The notes under the pieces are model-generated. The model had not been told where the DNA came from. It worked only from the letters and a program-made list of their open reading frames with translations, and did no database searches. Source: Okamejei kenojei (Eukaryota). Taken from it: a DNA stretch of 64,000 nucleotides. The position numbers and the translations under genes were made by a program. The DNA lies in NCBI GenBank assembly GCA_035221665.1, contig CM069134.1:121458001-121522000 (forward strand), in the 5' to 3' direction. Positions 50,408 through 64,000 of this stretch are shown one piece after another (the first letter of the stretch is position 1; each line of letters begins with the position of its first letter).

Positions 50408-52432
50408 CTTTTTTTTCCTCTTTTTATTAGAGGTAATGTACAGTACAGTAATATATGCCCAAAATAACATAATACATTTCATGTACCACTTCTTGTTTTA
50501 AACTTTAATAACAGGAAAGTAACAGAAGAAAGAAAAAGAGAAATAGAGAAGGTTAGATAAGATAGTAAGTACGTGAGAAAGTGAAAAGAAATAGCCCGTA
50601 AAGACGTAGAACTCAAGGAAGAATAAAAAAAAAATAATAATAATAAATGTTTAAAAGGGAAATATAAGAAAGTAAGATAAGATAAGATAAAAGGGATGTA
50701 CCTACTTCATATCTTTACACACCCCTCATCAGATCCTAAAACCATTTATTTCCAAAGTTATCTTATAATAAGTCGATAAATGGAGACCAAATCTTTAAGA
50801 ATTGGTCTGATTTGCCTGCTCGGACGAATCTCATGTCTTCGAGGTGTAACATTTCGGACATATTTGAAATCCACATTTTTACCATTGGTGTGGGTGCATT
50901 TTTTCAGAATTTAAGTATGAGGTTTTTTGCCGTTATTAAGCCATAATTAAAGAAACTCTTTTGGAACGAAGTCAGCTCAAAGTTCGGTTTCAATTTTATT
51001 TTAAATAATTTAATAAAAATTTCAAAGATTTAATTCCAAAACTTTTGGGTTTTTATGCAAAAAAACAAAGGAATGTGCTATAGTTGCATCTTGAGATAAA
51101 CATTTATCACAAGTGGGGGAAACATTTGGAAAGATTTTACTTATTTTAGTTTTCGAATAATATAATCTGTGTAGGATTTTAAATTGGATTAGAATATGTC
51201 TTACATTGATCGAGCATTTATGCACATATAGCAAGTGTTTATTCCAACTCTCTTTCTAGATTTTTATAGAAAGTTCCTGTTCCAAATCTCTTGTAATTCT
51301 ATCGGATGATGGTATTTCTATATTTAGGATGATATTATACAAGTATGATATTAAGTTAGTTGAGTCCGCCTTTCTGTTCATAGCTTCATCTAATAGGTCT
51401 GGAGTCAAAGTTTGGGATTCTTGTGTATGTTCTTTCAAATAATCACGGATTTGAAAATATTTAAAATATTGATTACTTCTCAGATTGTATTTAAGTTGTA
51501 GTTGTTGGAATGATAAAAAAAATTCCAGTTTCATACATGTCTCCAAACGTTTTAATTCCTATTCTTTCCCAATGTGTAAGTGATTTATCAATAATGGATG
51601 GTTTAAACGACGGATTATTAACTATAGGAGAGAGAAGCGATAGGTTTCTTAATTTAAGGGTTAATTTATTTGTTTCCAAATTCTAATAGTACTATGAATA
51701 ATTGGATTTTTCTTGTATATTGTATTATTCAGTTTTATTGGTGAGAGAAGAATCACTCATATGTTATATCTCTCTCCATGACTATCCAATCCACCTGCTG
51801 GGCAGAATTGTCCAACAGGTGATTCCAGTTTTGACATTTACTGCCCAATAATAATACAAAAAATTAGGGAGTCCGCCAAATTCTTTAGGTTTACACAAGT
51901 GCCGAGCTGAAAGCATAAGAACACATCCGAATATCCATGGTTATAATACAAGATACTCAAATAATAAAATATCATTATACGCAGATGATGTACTATTGTA
52001 TATTACAAAATCGCAAATCAGTATACCAAATATATTAATTCTAATAGAGGAATTCGGATCCTTCTCAGGATATAGAATAAATTGGAATAAAAGTGAAATT
52101 ATGACAATAAAACCTCAAGACTTGACACACCTTTTAAAATTCCCTTTTAAAATTGCTACAGAAAAATTTAAATACTTGGGAATCGAAATCACCAGAAAAT
52201 ATAAATATTTATTCAATGCCAATTATATGCCCCTACTTATTAAATTAAATGCCATGATTAAATTTTGGAAAACTCTTCCAATGTCCTTAATAGGCGGAAT
52301 AAATGCTATAAAAATGATCTTCCTACCACAAATTTTATATTTATTTCAATCTATACATACCTAGAAAGTTTTTCAAAAAATTGGATTCTGATATCACAAA
52401 TTTTATATGGGACTATAAATCCCTTAGAATTT
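50408..52432 (-). mobile_element. L1-clade LINE, 5'-truncated with an inverted 5' segment
   Basis: Minus strand: polyA and AATAAA at about 50410-50428, QFKILHRLY..CDKC zinc-knuckle, LCKPKEFGGL..PNF..YYWA. Plus strand 51905-52432: ISLYADDVLL, FSGYRINWNKSE. Confidence 0.88.
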
Positions 52433-53354
52433 TAATTTTCTTCTGCAGATGAAATGTAGTAATAGACATTAAATGCTACAAACCGAGTGGAAAACCACAC
52501 TGGTTTCAACTGTAACAGGCATAAATTAATCACAGGATTTTGGGTTATAACATTTAGAAACATAGAAAATAGATGCAGGAGTAGGCCATTCGGCTCTTCG
52601 AGCCTGCACCGCCATTCAATATGATCATGGCTGATCATCCAACTCAGTATCCCGTACCTGCCTCCTCTCCATACCCCTTGATCCCCTTAGCCACAAGGAC
52701 CACATCTAATTCCCTCTTAAATATAGCCAATGAACTGGCCTCAACTACCTTCTGTGGCAGAGAATTCCAGAGATTCACCACTCTCTCTGTGAAAAATGTT
52801 TTTCTCATCTCGGTCCTAAAAGACTTCCCCCTTATCCTTAGACTGTGACCCCTTGTTCTGGACTTCCCCAACATCGGGAATAATCTTCCTGCATCTAGCC
52901 TGTCCAACCCCTTAAGAATTTTGTAAGTTTCTATGAGATTCCCCCCCTCAATCTTCTAAATTCTAGCGAGTACAAGCCGAGTCTATCCAGTCTTTCTTCA
53001 TATGAAAGTCCTGACATCCCAGGAATCAGTCTAGTGAACCTTCTCTGTACTCCCTCTATGGCAAGAATGTCTTTCCTCAGATTAGGCATCCAAAACTGTA
53101 TGCAATACTCCAGGTGTGGTCTCACCAAGACCCTATTGTAAATAGCTGTGGTCCCAGCTTCGAGCCTTGCGGTACCCCACTAGTCACTGCCTGCCATTCT
53201 GAAAAGGACCCATTTACTCCTACTCTTTGCTTCCTGTCTGCCAGGCAGTTCTCTATCCACATCAATACTGAACCCCCAATACCGTGTGCTTTAAGTTTGA
53301 ATACTAATCTCTTATGTGGGACCTTGTCGAAAGCCTTCTGAAAGTCCAGATATA

Positions 53355-54984
53355 CAGTGGCTTGCAAAAGTATTCATACCCCTTGAAATTTTCCACATTT
53401 TGTCACGTTACAACCACAAACGTAAATGTATTTTATTGGGATTTTATGCGATAGACCAACACAAAGTGGCGCATAATTGTGAAGTGGAAGGAAAATGATA
53501 CATGGTTTTCAAATTTTTTTACAAATAAAAAACTGAAAAGTGTGGCGTACAAAAGTATTCAGCCCCCTTTACTCTGATACCCCTAAATACAATTCAGTGC
53601 AACCAATTGCCTTCAGAAGTCACCCAATTAGTAAATAGAGTCTACTTGTGTGTAATCTAATCTTAGTATAAATACAGCTGTTCCATGAAGGCCTCAGAGG
53701 TTTGTTAGAGAACATTAGTGAACAAACAATGTTCCTTGGGCATCATGAAGCCCAAGGAACACACCAGACAGGTCAGGGATAAAGTTGTGGAGAAGTTTAA
53801 AGCAGGGTTAGGTTATAAAAAAATAACCCAAGCTTTGAACATCTCACGGAGCACTGTTCAATTCATCATCCGAAAATGGAAAGAGTATGGCAGAACTCTG
53901 CAAACCTTCCAAGACATGGCTGTCCAACTAAACTGACAGGCCGGGCAAGGAGAGCATTGTTCAGAGAAGCAGCCAAGAGGCCCATGGTAACTCTGGAGGA
54001 GCTGCAGAGATCCACAGCTCAGGTGGGAGAATCTGTCCACAGGACAACTATTAGTCATGCACTCCACAAATCGGGCCTTTATGGAAGAGTGGCAAGAAGA
54101 AAGCCATTGTTGAAACAAAGCCATAAGATGTCTCGTTTGCAGTTTGCCACAAGCCATGTGGGGGACACAGCAAACATGTGGCGGAAGGTGCTCTGGTCTG
54201 ATGAGACCAAAATTGAAGTTTTTGGCCTAAATGCAAAACGCTATGTGTGGCGGAAAACTAACACTGCACATCACCCTGAACACACCATCCCCACTGTGAA
54301 ACATGGTGGTGGCAGCATCATGCTGTGGGGACGCTTTTCTTCAGCCGGGACAGGGAAGCTGGTCAGAGTTGATAGGAAGATGGATGGAGCCAAATACAGG
54401 GCAATCTTGGAAGAAAACCTGTTAGAGTCTGCAAAAGACTTGAGACTGGGGCGGAGGTTCACCTTCCAGCAGGACAACGACCCTAAACATACAGCCAGAG
54501 CTACAATAGAATGGTTTAGATCAAAGCATATTCATGTGTTAGAATGGCCCAGTCAAAGTCCAGACCTAAATTCAATTGAGAATCTCTGGCAAGACTTGAA
54601 AATTGCTGTTCACAGACGCTCTCCGTCCAATCTGACTGAGCTTGAGCTATTTTGCAAAGAAGAATGGGCAAAAATTTCAGTCTCCAGATGTGCAAAGCTG
54701 ATGGAGACATACCCCAAAAGACTTGCAGCTGAAATTGCAGCGAAAGGTAGTTCTACAAAGTATTGACTCAGGGGGGCTGAATACTTTTGCACGCCACACT
54801 TTTCAGTTTTTTATTTGTAATAAAATTTGGAAACCATGTATCATTTTCCTTCCACTTCACAATTATGCATCACTTTGTGTTGGTCGATCACATAAAATCC
54901 CAATAAAATACATTTACGTTTGTGGTTGTAACGTGACAAAATGTGGAAAGGTTCAAGGGGTATGAATACTTTTGCAAGCCACTG
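53355..54984 (+). mobile_element. Full-length (1630 bp) Tc1/mariner IR-DR transposon, Passport-like
   Basis: TA TSD at 53353-54 and 54985-86; about 210-bp ITRs starting cagtggcttgcaaaagtattca with inner repeat caaaagtattcagcccc. Confidence 0.96.
53745..54766 (+). pseudogene. DD34E Tc1 transposase, 339 codons plus a 2-bp frameshift near 53895
   Basis: MKPKEHTRQVRDKVV...; WSDETK, QQDNDPKH, SPDLNSIENLW with 34 residues between D and E; ATG-to-stop span 1022 nt. Confidence 0.93.
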
Positions 54985-56120
54985 TAACACATCCACTGGT
55001 TCTCCCTTATCCACTCTACTTGTTGCATCCTCGAAAAATTCTATTAGATTCGTCAGACATGATTTACCTTTCATAAATCCATGCTGACTTTGTCCAATGA
55101 TTTCACCAATCTTTGTCCAATGATTTCCAAATGTGCTGCTATCCCATCTTTAATAACTGACTCTAGCAGTTTCCCCACTACCGATGTTAGACTAACTGGT
55201 CTGTAATTCCCTGTTTTCTCTCTCCCTCCCTTTTTAAAAAGTGGGTTTACATTAGCTACCTTCCAATCCTCAGGAACTACTCCAGAATCTAAAGAGTTTT
55301 GAAAAATTATCACTAATGCAACCACTATTTCTGGGGCTACTTCCTTAAGCACTCTGGGATGCAGCCTATCTGGCCCTGGGGACTTATCGGCCTTTAATCC
55401 ATTCAATTTACCTAACACACTTCCCGGCTAACCTCGATTTCACTCAGTTCCTCCATCTCATTTGACCCCCGGTCCCCTGCTATTTCCGGCAGATTAATTA
55501 TGTCTTCCTTAGTGAAGACAGAACCAAAGTAGTTATTCAAATGGTCTGCCATGTCTTTGTTCCCCATGATCAATTCACCCGTTTCTGACTGCAAGGGACC
55601 TACATTTGTTTTAATTAATGTTTTTCTCTTCACATATTCACATTTCAGACTAATGTATATTTTTTTACATTGTTTACATAAGTTTACTCTTCAAACCATG
55701 GAAAATAATTTAATGTGCACTTGCTATTTTTCTTATGAGCCTGTTTAACTATTTGATGCCAGTTATAATGAAATTCTTACTTGCAGCTTTATTCAATGGA
55801 TAACATAATCAACTTTTTTTTTAAGTTCATTGAATTAAAATCCCCAATATTAGTGCCAAGCAAAACAAAAGCCCGAAGTCCCTAGCGTAGTTTAGTTGGT
55901 ATATGTAGTGTTCAACACCAGGATGGTTGCTGGGAAGCAGCTATTCCTGTATCTGGAGATCGTGGAGTACTTTTGTTCTTGAAATCAGTTGACTTTTCAT
56001 GATCTATATGACTCAGGTCATCACCTATTAAGCAGTTGGAGGAAGACCAACAACAGAATCTTAGAGGGTTGATATAATATCTCATTCACAGATAAGTGCA
56101 TCAATGTTTCATAACACTAA

Positions 56121-56279
<159 letters not shown>

Positions 56280-57616
56280 TAAGAATATTTTCTTAACTCA
56301 AAACTCATCAGTTATAATGTTGTCAAATCATAGTCTGTGTGCAGTTTCAATGAGTTTATCCATTCTAACTATAATTAGTGTGAAATTGCCTCTATTTGTA
56401 TCATAGTGTAATTTCATACTTCCACCTGCCTCAGAATAAACAGACATACCTTTAGAATGTAGATGAGGCAAAGTTTTTTTTAGTCAGTAGGTGGTGAATC
56501 ATTGCCACAGACGGCGGTAGAGGCTAAGCCACTGGGAACTTTTAAAGCGGAGATTGATGGATTCTTGATCAGTGAAGGCATCAAAGGTTACAGGGAGAAG
56601 ACAGGAGAATGGGTTGAGAGGGAAAGATAGATCCGCTGGGATCGAATGGCAGAGCAGGCTCGATGGACCGTTATGGACTTGATTTACATTATTCCCTTAT
56701 CATGCATCTGTACACTGAATGGCTCAACTATTATCATGTATTGGCTTTCCGATGACTCATTAGCAAACACAAGCTTTTCACTGTACCTTGGTACGAGTGA
56801 CAATAAACTTAAACTGAGCTGAAACTGGTATGAGTCAATATCTTTGTAAATTATATCAAATGTATATGATATCAAATCTTTGTAAATTAGGGTCCATTAA
56901 TAATTCAACAATTTCACAATGGATAAATTATTTTAAGGCTTATTTATTTGTATAAAGGATAGGGACATTGATGATTAAACCAGAAAATACCTTCTGGTTA
57001 TACCTTTCTAATTGCACCTGAATGTAATGACTTACTGATCTGTTTCAAAAGGCATACTCTGCATCTGCTGTCACCCAGTGGTCAGATATAGAAAGGACAG
57101 GAATTTCCTTCTCCAGAGAACATTAGGTTTCTACTATCCGGCTGCTTTCTAGACGCCATTACAGATCATATATTTTTAATTCCAATTACATGTTAGTTTC
57201 CCAGCTGTTTAAATTTCCCAGCTGCCAAAGTGGGATTTGAAATTCTGTCTCCCGATTAACAGTGCAGGTACTTACACACTTAATTGGCTAACCACTATGT
57301 TACCACAGAGTATTTTGACACACAGGTAAAGCTGAATTCTGTAACAAACAAAATATTGGGGAGTGATTTCCCGTGTGAATAAGCTGGATGATATTTCGTG
57401 CAAAACAGAAAGTGAGTGGAAATTAATTATGGGACCCGCCTGTCTGCTTAATCCAGCCATTTTATTTATTATTATTCTTGAGTTTTCTAGTCATGCTGAT
57501 CGCTTCCAGATATTGCCATTCACCTACTGCATTTGGTACAGTCAGAATTCACATGCTACTTCATTTGATCCTGACATATCTCGCAGTGTGCAGTTTACAT
57601 TGGTTCGGTGTTAATC

Positions 57617-57920
57617 ACGGTAGCACAGCGGTAGAGTTGCTACCTCACAGCCAGAGTCCCGGGTTCAATCCCGACTACGGGTGCCGTCTGTAAGGAGTTT
57701 GTACGTTCACCCCGTGACCGCGTGGGTTTTCTCCCAAGATCTTCGGTTTTCTCCCACACTCCAAAGACATACAGCTTTGTAGGTTAATTGGCTTTCTATA
57801 AATGTAAATTGTCCTTAGTGTGTGTGGGATAGTGTAAGTGTGCAGGAATCGCTGGTCGGCGCAGACTGTGGGCCAAAAGGCCTGTTTCTGGGGCTGTATG
57901 TCTAGACTAAATTAAACTTA
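57617..57920 (+). mobile_element. V-SINE ending about 50 bp upstream of exon 19
   Basis: ggtagcacagcggtagag...gggttcaatcc...V-domain. Confidence 0.85.
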
Positions 57921-57955
57921 AAAAGTGTTCTTTACCCAATTACTTGAAATCATGA

Positions 57956-58153
<198 letters not shown>

Positions 58154-58359
58154 TAATGCAACTTTTCAAGTAGATAGAGTATTACTTTCTCTTGCACATT
58201 ACTCACATTGATTTTGAGTAAATAAATTACTGACGTTAATTTATGATGTAAAATATAATTTTAACGCAAATATTTAAAATCTAGGGTCAGTAGAATCATA
58301 GAATAATAACATAGAATAATCTTGAATATGACGAATGTTTAAACAAATTTCTGAAATAA

Positions 58360-58545
<186 letters not shown>

Positions 58546-58619
58546 TGAATCATAGAATTCCCCCTCAAAAAAGAAAGACATATCTATTCTAAGTTTGCTA
58601 GTTATATTATCATTCTAAA

Positions 58620-58830
58620 GATAGACACAAAAAGCTGGCGTAACTCAGCGGGCCAGGCGGCATCTCTAGAGAGAAGGAATGGGTGACGTTTCGGGTCGAA
58701 ACCCTTCTTCAGACCCGAAACGTCACCCATTCCTTCTCTCCAGAGATGCTGCCTGGCCCGCTGAGTTACTCCAGCTTTTTGTGTCTATCTTCAGTGTAAA
58801 CCAGTGTCTGCAGTTCCTTCTTTCACACGC
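58620..58830. mobile_element. Fold-back mini-PLE, about 80-bp arms
   Basis: Arms about 58619-58698 and 58712-58790; TSD tat(c/a)attctaaa at 58608-58619 and 58831-58842. Confidence 0.82.
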
Positions 58831-60233
58831 TATAATTCTAAATGTAGCTAATTGCCTGTAAATGGTGGTTTAGAGGATGTGAAATTCTGGAATGAAATAA
58901 CCATTATACTCTTTCATTTTGTCTTTCATTAATGTCTTTTGAATCATTATTTAAAATCCACCATCAAAAGCAGTGCTTAGTTGGATTAGATCCTGCATTT
59001 CAATCTATTCAAGTATCATGCATTGTTATGAATGACATATCTGTCTATTTCCCTGGGCCCATATTGCACAAGAATCATGTTTTGTTGTGACTGCAATTGT
59101 GGATTAAACTAGACCAACTATATGCTGGTCATGTTCTGCACACACATTGTCGGGTGCGGGCCTGTTCCTGTGCTGAATTATTCCATGTTAATCAGGGTTT
59201 TGTAAGGCTAAACCATAGCCAATATTCTGTTTTCAGTCCTTGTCATATAACACATTCTTTTAGCAGTTTTAATTATATACTGGGTGGGTCCATAACAATT
59301 TAATGATCTCACCAAGCCTCTTTCGAGTTCCACTATTGCTAGTGTTTAATTCCTCAAAAAATAGTAAACTCTCTCCCTTTCAGAACCAAAGTGGATGATC
59401 TGGCTTTTGTCTGGGTAATTCATCTGTTCAGACTTTAACAAAAATGGTGTCATACAAACACTGTTTACGTTGCTGCCTAATTTTATGCCATCAGCATATG
59501 TGGATATGCAGCTTTCTATCCCACCATCTCTTTAAGTAGTGACAAGATTAGGTTCCCGGCTGGTACCATTACTTAAATGTCATGTTTTAAATTCTCAATT
59601 CAGGAAAAGAAAAAATGAACGCTTACTATTTATAAAATAAATGTCCTAAAAGATTTTGTGCTAAAATTATTTTGAGAAATCCTAAAGTATATCTCAATTA
59701 TGCAAATCAAATTATTTGAAACATTTTTGACGTGGTTATTGTTAAGTTGAGAGTAGCTTTGAGATTCAACCAGGAGTCAGTAAGGTCAACTGAATGTAAA
59801 AAGATCTGCATAAATGACTTTGAGTACAATAACATTTTAACAGCCTGGGGAATAAATGTAATTTGATCTCTTGGGCACTCTATATTCAAATTGTACATTC
59901 AATTTGTATTAAAACAAAACATTTTAGTGTGAACCCAAATCTAATTTATAATTACACGCCACAATTTATTGATAGAAATAAAAGGAGGCATCATTCTAAA
60001 GATTGACACAAAATTCAGAAGTTCAGGCAGCATCTCTGAAAAGGAATAGGTGATGTTACAAATCAATGTATATGGATATAAGGTACTGCAGATCACATAT
60101 CTCTTGATTCGCTTAATAACCAAAAATGACCAGTCTTAAGAGCGATTAGATCCTTCATTTTGGCATCGCATTTCATATTTTATATAGATTTGTATCGTGT
60201 TGCCTTGAGTAAATTTGAATTTTTTTTTTCTAG

Positions 60234-60368
<135 letters not shown>

Positions 60369-60888
60369 TAGATATAAATAATGTGGATGCTTCTTCAAGT
60401 TTGAACAGTTTAATGCTTAGAATATTATTTGCAGATGCTTCCCATCATATATGGAAACATAAACAATAATGGCAAAGGCTGTGCACATAATGTTATTTTC
60501 TAAACACTGTTTTTCTTTTCCCTTTAACATACAAGTTGCATGATTAAATCAGGTTTCTTTTTTAACGTGGAAGAACTTTGATTATAGAGGCACATTGCTA
60601 CATTTCTCTGCTACTCTGAGAATAATTTTTATTTCAATTTATTACTTTTACAATGTATTTAATCGCCATCTAATTAGTTTGCCTATATCTTTGTTGCTCC
60701 ATAACCTGTCATTATAGGGTGCATAAGAGCCACCAAAGTTGATTTGTTTTCCAGTTTTAGTTTAGTTTTGATTTATAGCTTGGATACACTCATGCAGTCG
60801 ACTCTAATTATTCTCTTCAGCAGCTTAGAAAATCACTCATTTCCCCACCACTGTCTTCTTGAGGGTAACTAATGATGTACCATTAATA

Positions 60889-62974
60889 GTGTTAAAGAAG
60901 GAACTGCAGATGCTGGAGAATCGAGGGTAGACAAAAGGCTGGAGAAACTCAGCGGGTGCAGCAGCATCTAAGGAGCGAAGGAGATAGGCGACGTTTCGGG
61001 TCGAGACCCTTCTTCAGCCTGGTCAGGGGTCAGGGAAACAAGAGATATAGACGGTGATGTGGAGAAATAAAGAACAATGAATGAAAGATATGCAAAAAAG
61101 TATCGATGATAAAGGGAACAAGCCATTGTAAGCTGTTTGTAGTGTGAAAATGAGAAGCTAGTGCGACTAGGGTGGGGGAGAGAGATAGAGAGAGAGGGAA
61201 TGCCAGGGCCCAAGGGCTGAGGGAGAGGTGGGAAGGGGAGGAGACGGCAAGGGTTAACAGAATTGAGAAAATTCAATGTTCAAGCCCAGAGGATGCAGAC
61301 TCCCCAAGCGGAATATGAGGTGCTGTTCCTCCAACTTGCGGTGTTGCTCACTCTGGCCGTGGAGGAGGCCCAGGACCGAGAGGTCGGATACGGAATGGGA
61401 GGGGGAGTTGAAGTGCTGAGCCACCGGGAGATCGGGTTGGTTATTGCGGACCGAGCGGAGGTGTTCGACGAAACGATCGCCAAGCCTCCGCTTGGTTTCA
61501 CCGATATAGATCATCTGGCATCTGGAGCAGCGGATGCAGTAGATGAGGTTGGAGGAGGTGCAGGTGAACCTCTGAGGGATCTCGAAGGACTGCTTGGGTC
61601 CCTGAAAGGAGTGGAGGGGGGAGGTGAAGGGACAAGTGTGGCATTTCTTGTGGTTGCAAGGGAAAGTGCCCGGGGAAGGGGTAGAGCGGGAGGGAAGGGA
61701 AGAATTGACAAGGGAGTTGCGGAGGGAGCGGTCTTTGCGGATGGCAGACGGGGGGGGAGATGGGAAGATGTGGCAAGTGGAGGGGTCACGTTGGAGGTGG
61801 CGAAACTGGCGGAGGACTATGTGTTGTATTTGCCGGCTGGTGGGGTGCAAGGTGAGGACCAGGGGGACTCTGCCCTTGTTGCGAGTGGGGGAATGGGGCA
61901 GTGTTGCGGGGTATGGAGGAGACCCTGGTGCGAGCCTCATTTATAGTAGGGGAGGGGAATCCCTGTTCTCTGAAGAATGAGGCCATTTGTGATGACCTGG
62001 TGTGGAGCACCTCATCCTGGGAGCAGATGCGGCGTAGACGGAGGAATTGGGAATAGGGAATGGAGTCCTTACAGGAAGCAGGGTGGGAAGAAGAGTAGTC
62101 CAGGTAGCTGTGGGAGTCAGTTGGTTTGTAGTGGATGTCGGTCAGGAGTGTATCACCTGCAATAGAGATGGTGAGGTCAAGGAATGGTAGGGAAATGTCG
62201 GAAATGGTCCAAGTGTATTTGAGTGCCGGATGGAAGTTGGTGGTGAAATGGATGAAGTCAGTCAGTTGTGTGTGGGTGCAGGAGGTGACACCAAAGCAGT
62301 CGTCGATGTAACGGAGGTAGAGGTCAGGTCCGACAGAGGTTCACCTGCACCTCCTCCAACCTCATCAACTGCATCCGCTGCTCCAGATGCCAGATGATCT
62401 ATATCGGTGAGACCAAGCGGAGGCGTGGCGATCGTTTCGCCGAACACCTCCGCTTGGTCCGCAATAACCAACCCGACCTCCCGGTGGCTCAGCACTTCAA
62501 CTCCCCCTCCCATTCCGTATCCGACCTCTCGGTCCTGGGCCTCCTCCGCGGCCAGAGTGAGCAACACCGCAAGTTGGAGGAACAGCACCTCATATTCCGC
62601 TTGGGGAGTCTGCATCCTCTGGGCTTGAACATAGAATTTTCTCAATTCTGTTAACCCTTGCTGTCTCCTCCCCTTCCCACCTCTCCCTCAGCCCTTGGGT
62701 CCTGGCATTCCCTCTCTCTATCTCTCTCCCCCACCCTAGTCGCACTAGCTTCTCATTTTCACACTACAAACAGTTTACAATGGTTTGTTCCCTTTATCAT
62801 CGATACTTTTTTGCATATCTTTCATTCATTGTTCTTTATCACTCCACATCACCGTCTATATCTCTAGTTTCCCTGACCAGTCTGAAGAAGGGTCTCGACC
62901 CGAAACGTCGCCTGTCTCCTTCGCTCCTTAGATGCTGCTGCACCCACTGAGTTTCTCCAGCCTTTTGTGTACCC
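60889..62974 (-). mobile_element. Penelope-like element with inverted terminal duplication (pseudo-LTR)
   Basis: Minus strand: LRYIDDC RT motif near 62300-62318 and GIY-YIG ORF 61254..61940. Plus-strand duplicate 62334-62974. 14-bp TSD atgtaccattaata at 60875-60888 and 62975-62988. Confidence 0.93.
62882..62909 (+). ncRNA. Minimal hammerhead ribozyme-like core (mirror copy on - strand at 60990-61017)
   Basis: CTGAAGA-A-GGGTC-TC-GACCC-GAAAC-GTC. Confidence 0.6.
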
Positions 62975-63355
62975 ATGTACCATTAATATCTGTCTTATGA
63001 GCCAGCCCTCAAAATCCCCAAATGAATGTTACAGTTAACAGGAAAACAGCCATTAATATAGTCTGCTATATTATAGACCACTGGCCACGTGATGCTGGCT
63101 CGAAGGGCCGAATGGCCTACTCCTGCACCTATTTTGTATTTTCTATATTTTCTATGACTTGTGGTGTGGTGCTGTGCTTGTGAAATATTCGTACCTTCTA
63201 ATTAAATATATTAAATATACTAAATAAATAAATTGTTCTGACTTGCTTACTTGTATTACCCTTTGTACATATTTAACCTTGCATGACAGTGTAACCTGTT
63301 TTGAAGAAGCATTGTAGTCGATTAACCTGGTGAAATAATTGATATTTTCCAACAG

Positions 63356-63428
63356 GGAGTAATGGTCCGCAAAAGTTTTGCATTGAAAAGGTTGGTAAAG
63401 AAACATGGCTGCCCAGAAGTCACACTTG
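63356..63428 (+). CDS. WWP1: WWP1 coding exon 22, HECT ([25 protein letters not shown]; catalytic Cys codon split by the intron)
   Basis: caacag|GG ... TG|gtgagt; 73 nt; final exon not in window. Confidence 0.96.
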
Positions 63429-63556
63429 GTGAGTAAAATATTAATGCATTAGTGTTTATTTGCAGTAGGAATGCTGTGGTTTTATATCTATTACCTTTGC
63501 AATGTCTTTGGTATTTTATCTCCACTTAACCCAGTCTGGCTAGGTGTTCTATTCCG

Positions 63557-64000
63557 CTTTAGTTTAGAGATACAGTGTGGAAACAGGCCCTTCGGCCCAC
63601 CGAGTCCACACCGACCAGCGATCCCTGCACATTAGAAACATAGAAAATAAATGCAGGAGTAGGCTGTTCGGCCCTTCGAGCCAGCACCTCCATTCAATAT
63701 AATCATGGCTGATCATCCAAAATTAGTACCCCATTCCTGCTTTCTCCCCATATCCCTTGAATCCATTAGCCCTAACAGCTATAGTATATTCCACAGAGAA
63801 TTCCACAGATTCACAACTCTCTGGGTGAAAAGATTGTTCCTCATCTCAGTCTTAAATGGCCTACTCCTTATTCTCAAACTGTGACCCCCTGGTTCTGGAC
63901 TCCCCCAATATCGGGAACATTTTTCTGCATCTAGCTCCCTTAAAAATATGATATGTTTCTATAAGATCCTTCTAAATTCCAATGAATCCCAGTCGATCCA
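63557..64000 (-). mobile_element. V-SINE tail (to about 63632) followed by a CR1 3' fragment running off the window
   Basis: tttagtttagagatacagtgtggaaacaggccc; tagaaacatagaaaat... Confidence 0.8.

Larger units (their letters stand above)
52555..55636 (-). mobile_element. Young CR1 LINE with an internal deletion near 53135 and a Tc1 insertion
   Basis: ORFs 55412..55633, 55071..55418, 53122..53367, 52931..53128 and 52644..52907 are collinear with the 35.4-37.5 kb copy. Confidence 0.93.

Noticed and set aside
61263-61946. 227-aa plus-strand ORF (and its mirror 62262..62645)
   Set aside because: Antisense frame of the Penelope GIY-YIG coding region.

Overview
Eukaryotic, intron-rich vertebrate DNA. 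The repeat complement (HER1/CR1-type LINEs, HE1-like V-SINEs, Penelope-like elements) points to a cartilaginous fish, probably a skate or ray (inference). The whole window lies inside one + strand gene, WWP1 (NEDD4-family E3 ubiquitin ligase, C2 - 4xWW - HECT). I traced 22 consecutive coding exons with GT-AG boundaries and consistent phases, from the ATG at 2447 to the split catalytic Cys codon at 63428 (2738 nt, 912 codons plus 2 nt). The last coding exon lies beyond the window. Introns are dense with nested transposable elements: CR1, Rex1/Babar, L2, a 5'-inverted L1, a hAT MITE, V-SINEs, a full-length Passport-like Tc1 inactivated by one 2-bp insertion, and many Penelope-like (PLE) pieces. 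The most unusual signal is a family of roughly 100-250 bp PLE-terminus insertions, several of them fold-back palindromes. Many have their own 10-15 bp target-site duplication and carry all or part of a minimal hammerhead ribozyme core (CUGAnGA...GAAAC-GUC). They share their geometry with a 2.1 kb inverted-repeat PLE at 60889-62974. Repeat boundaries without a stated TSD are approximate.
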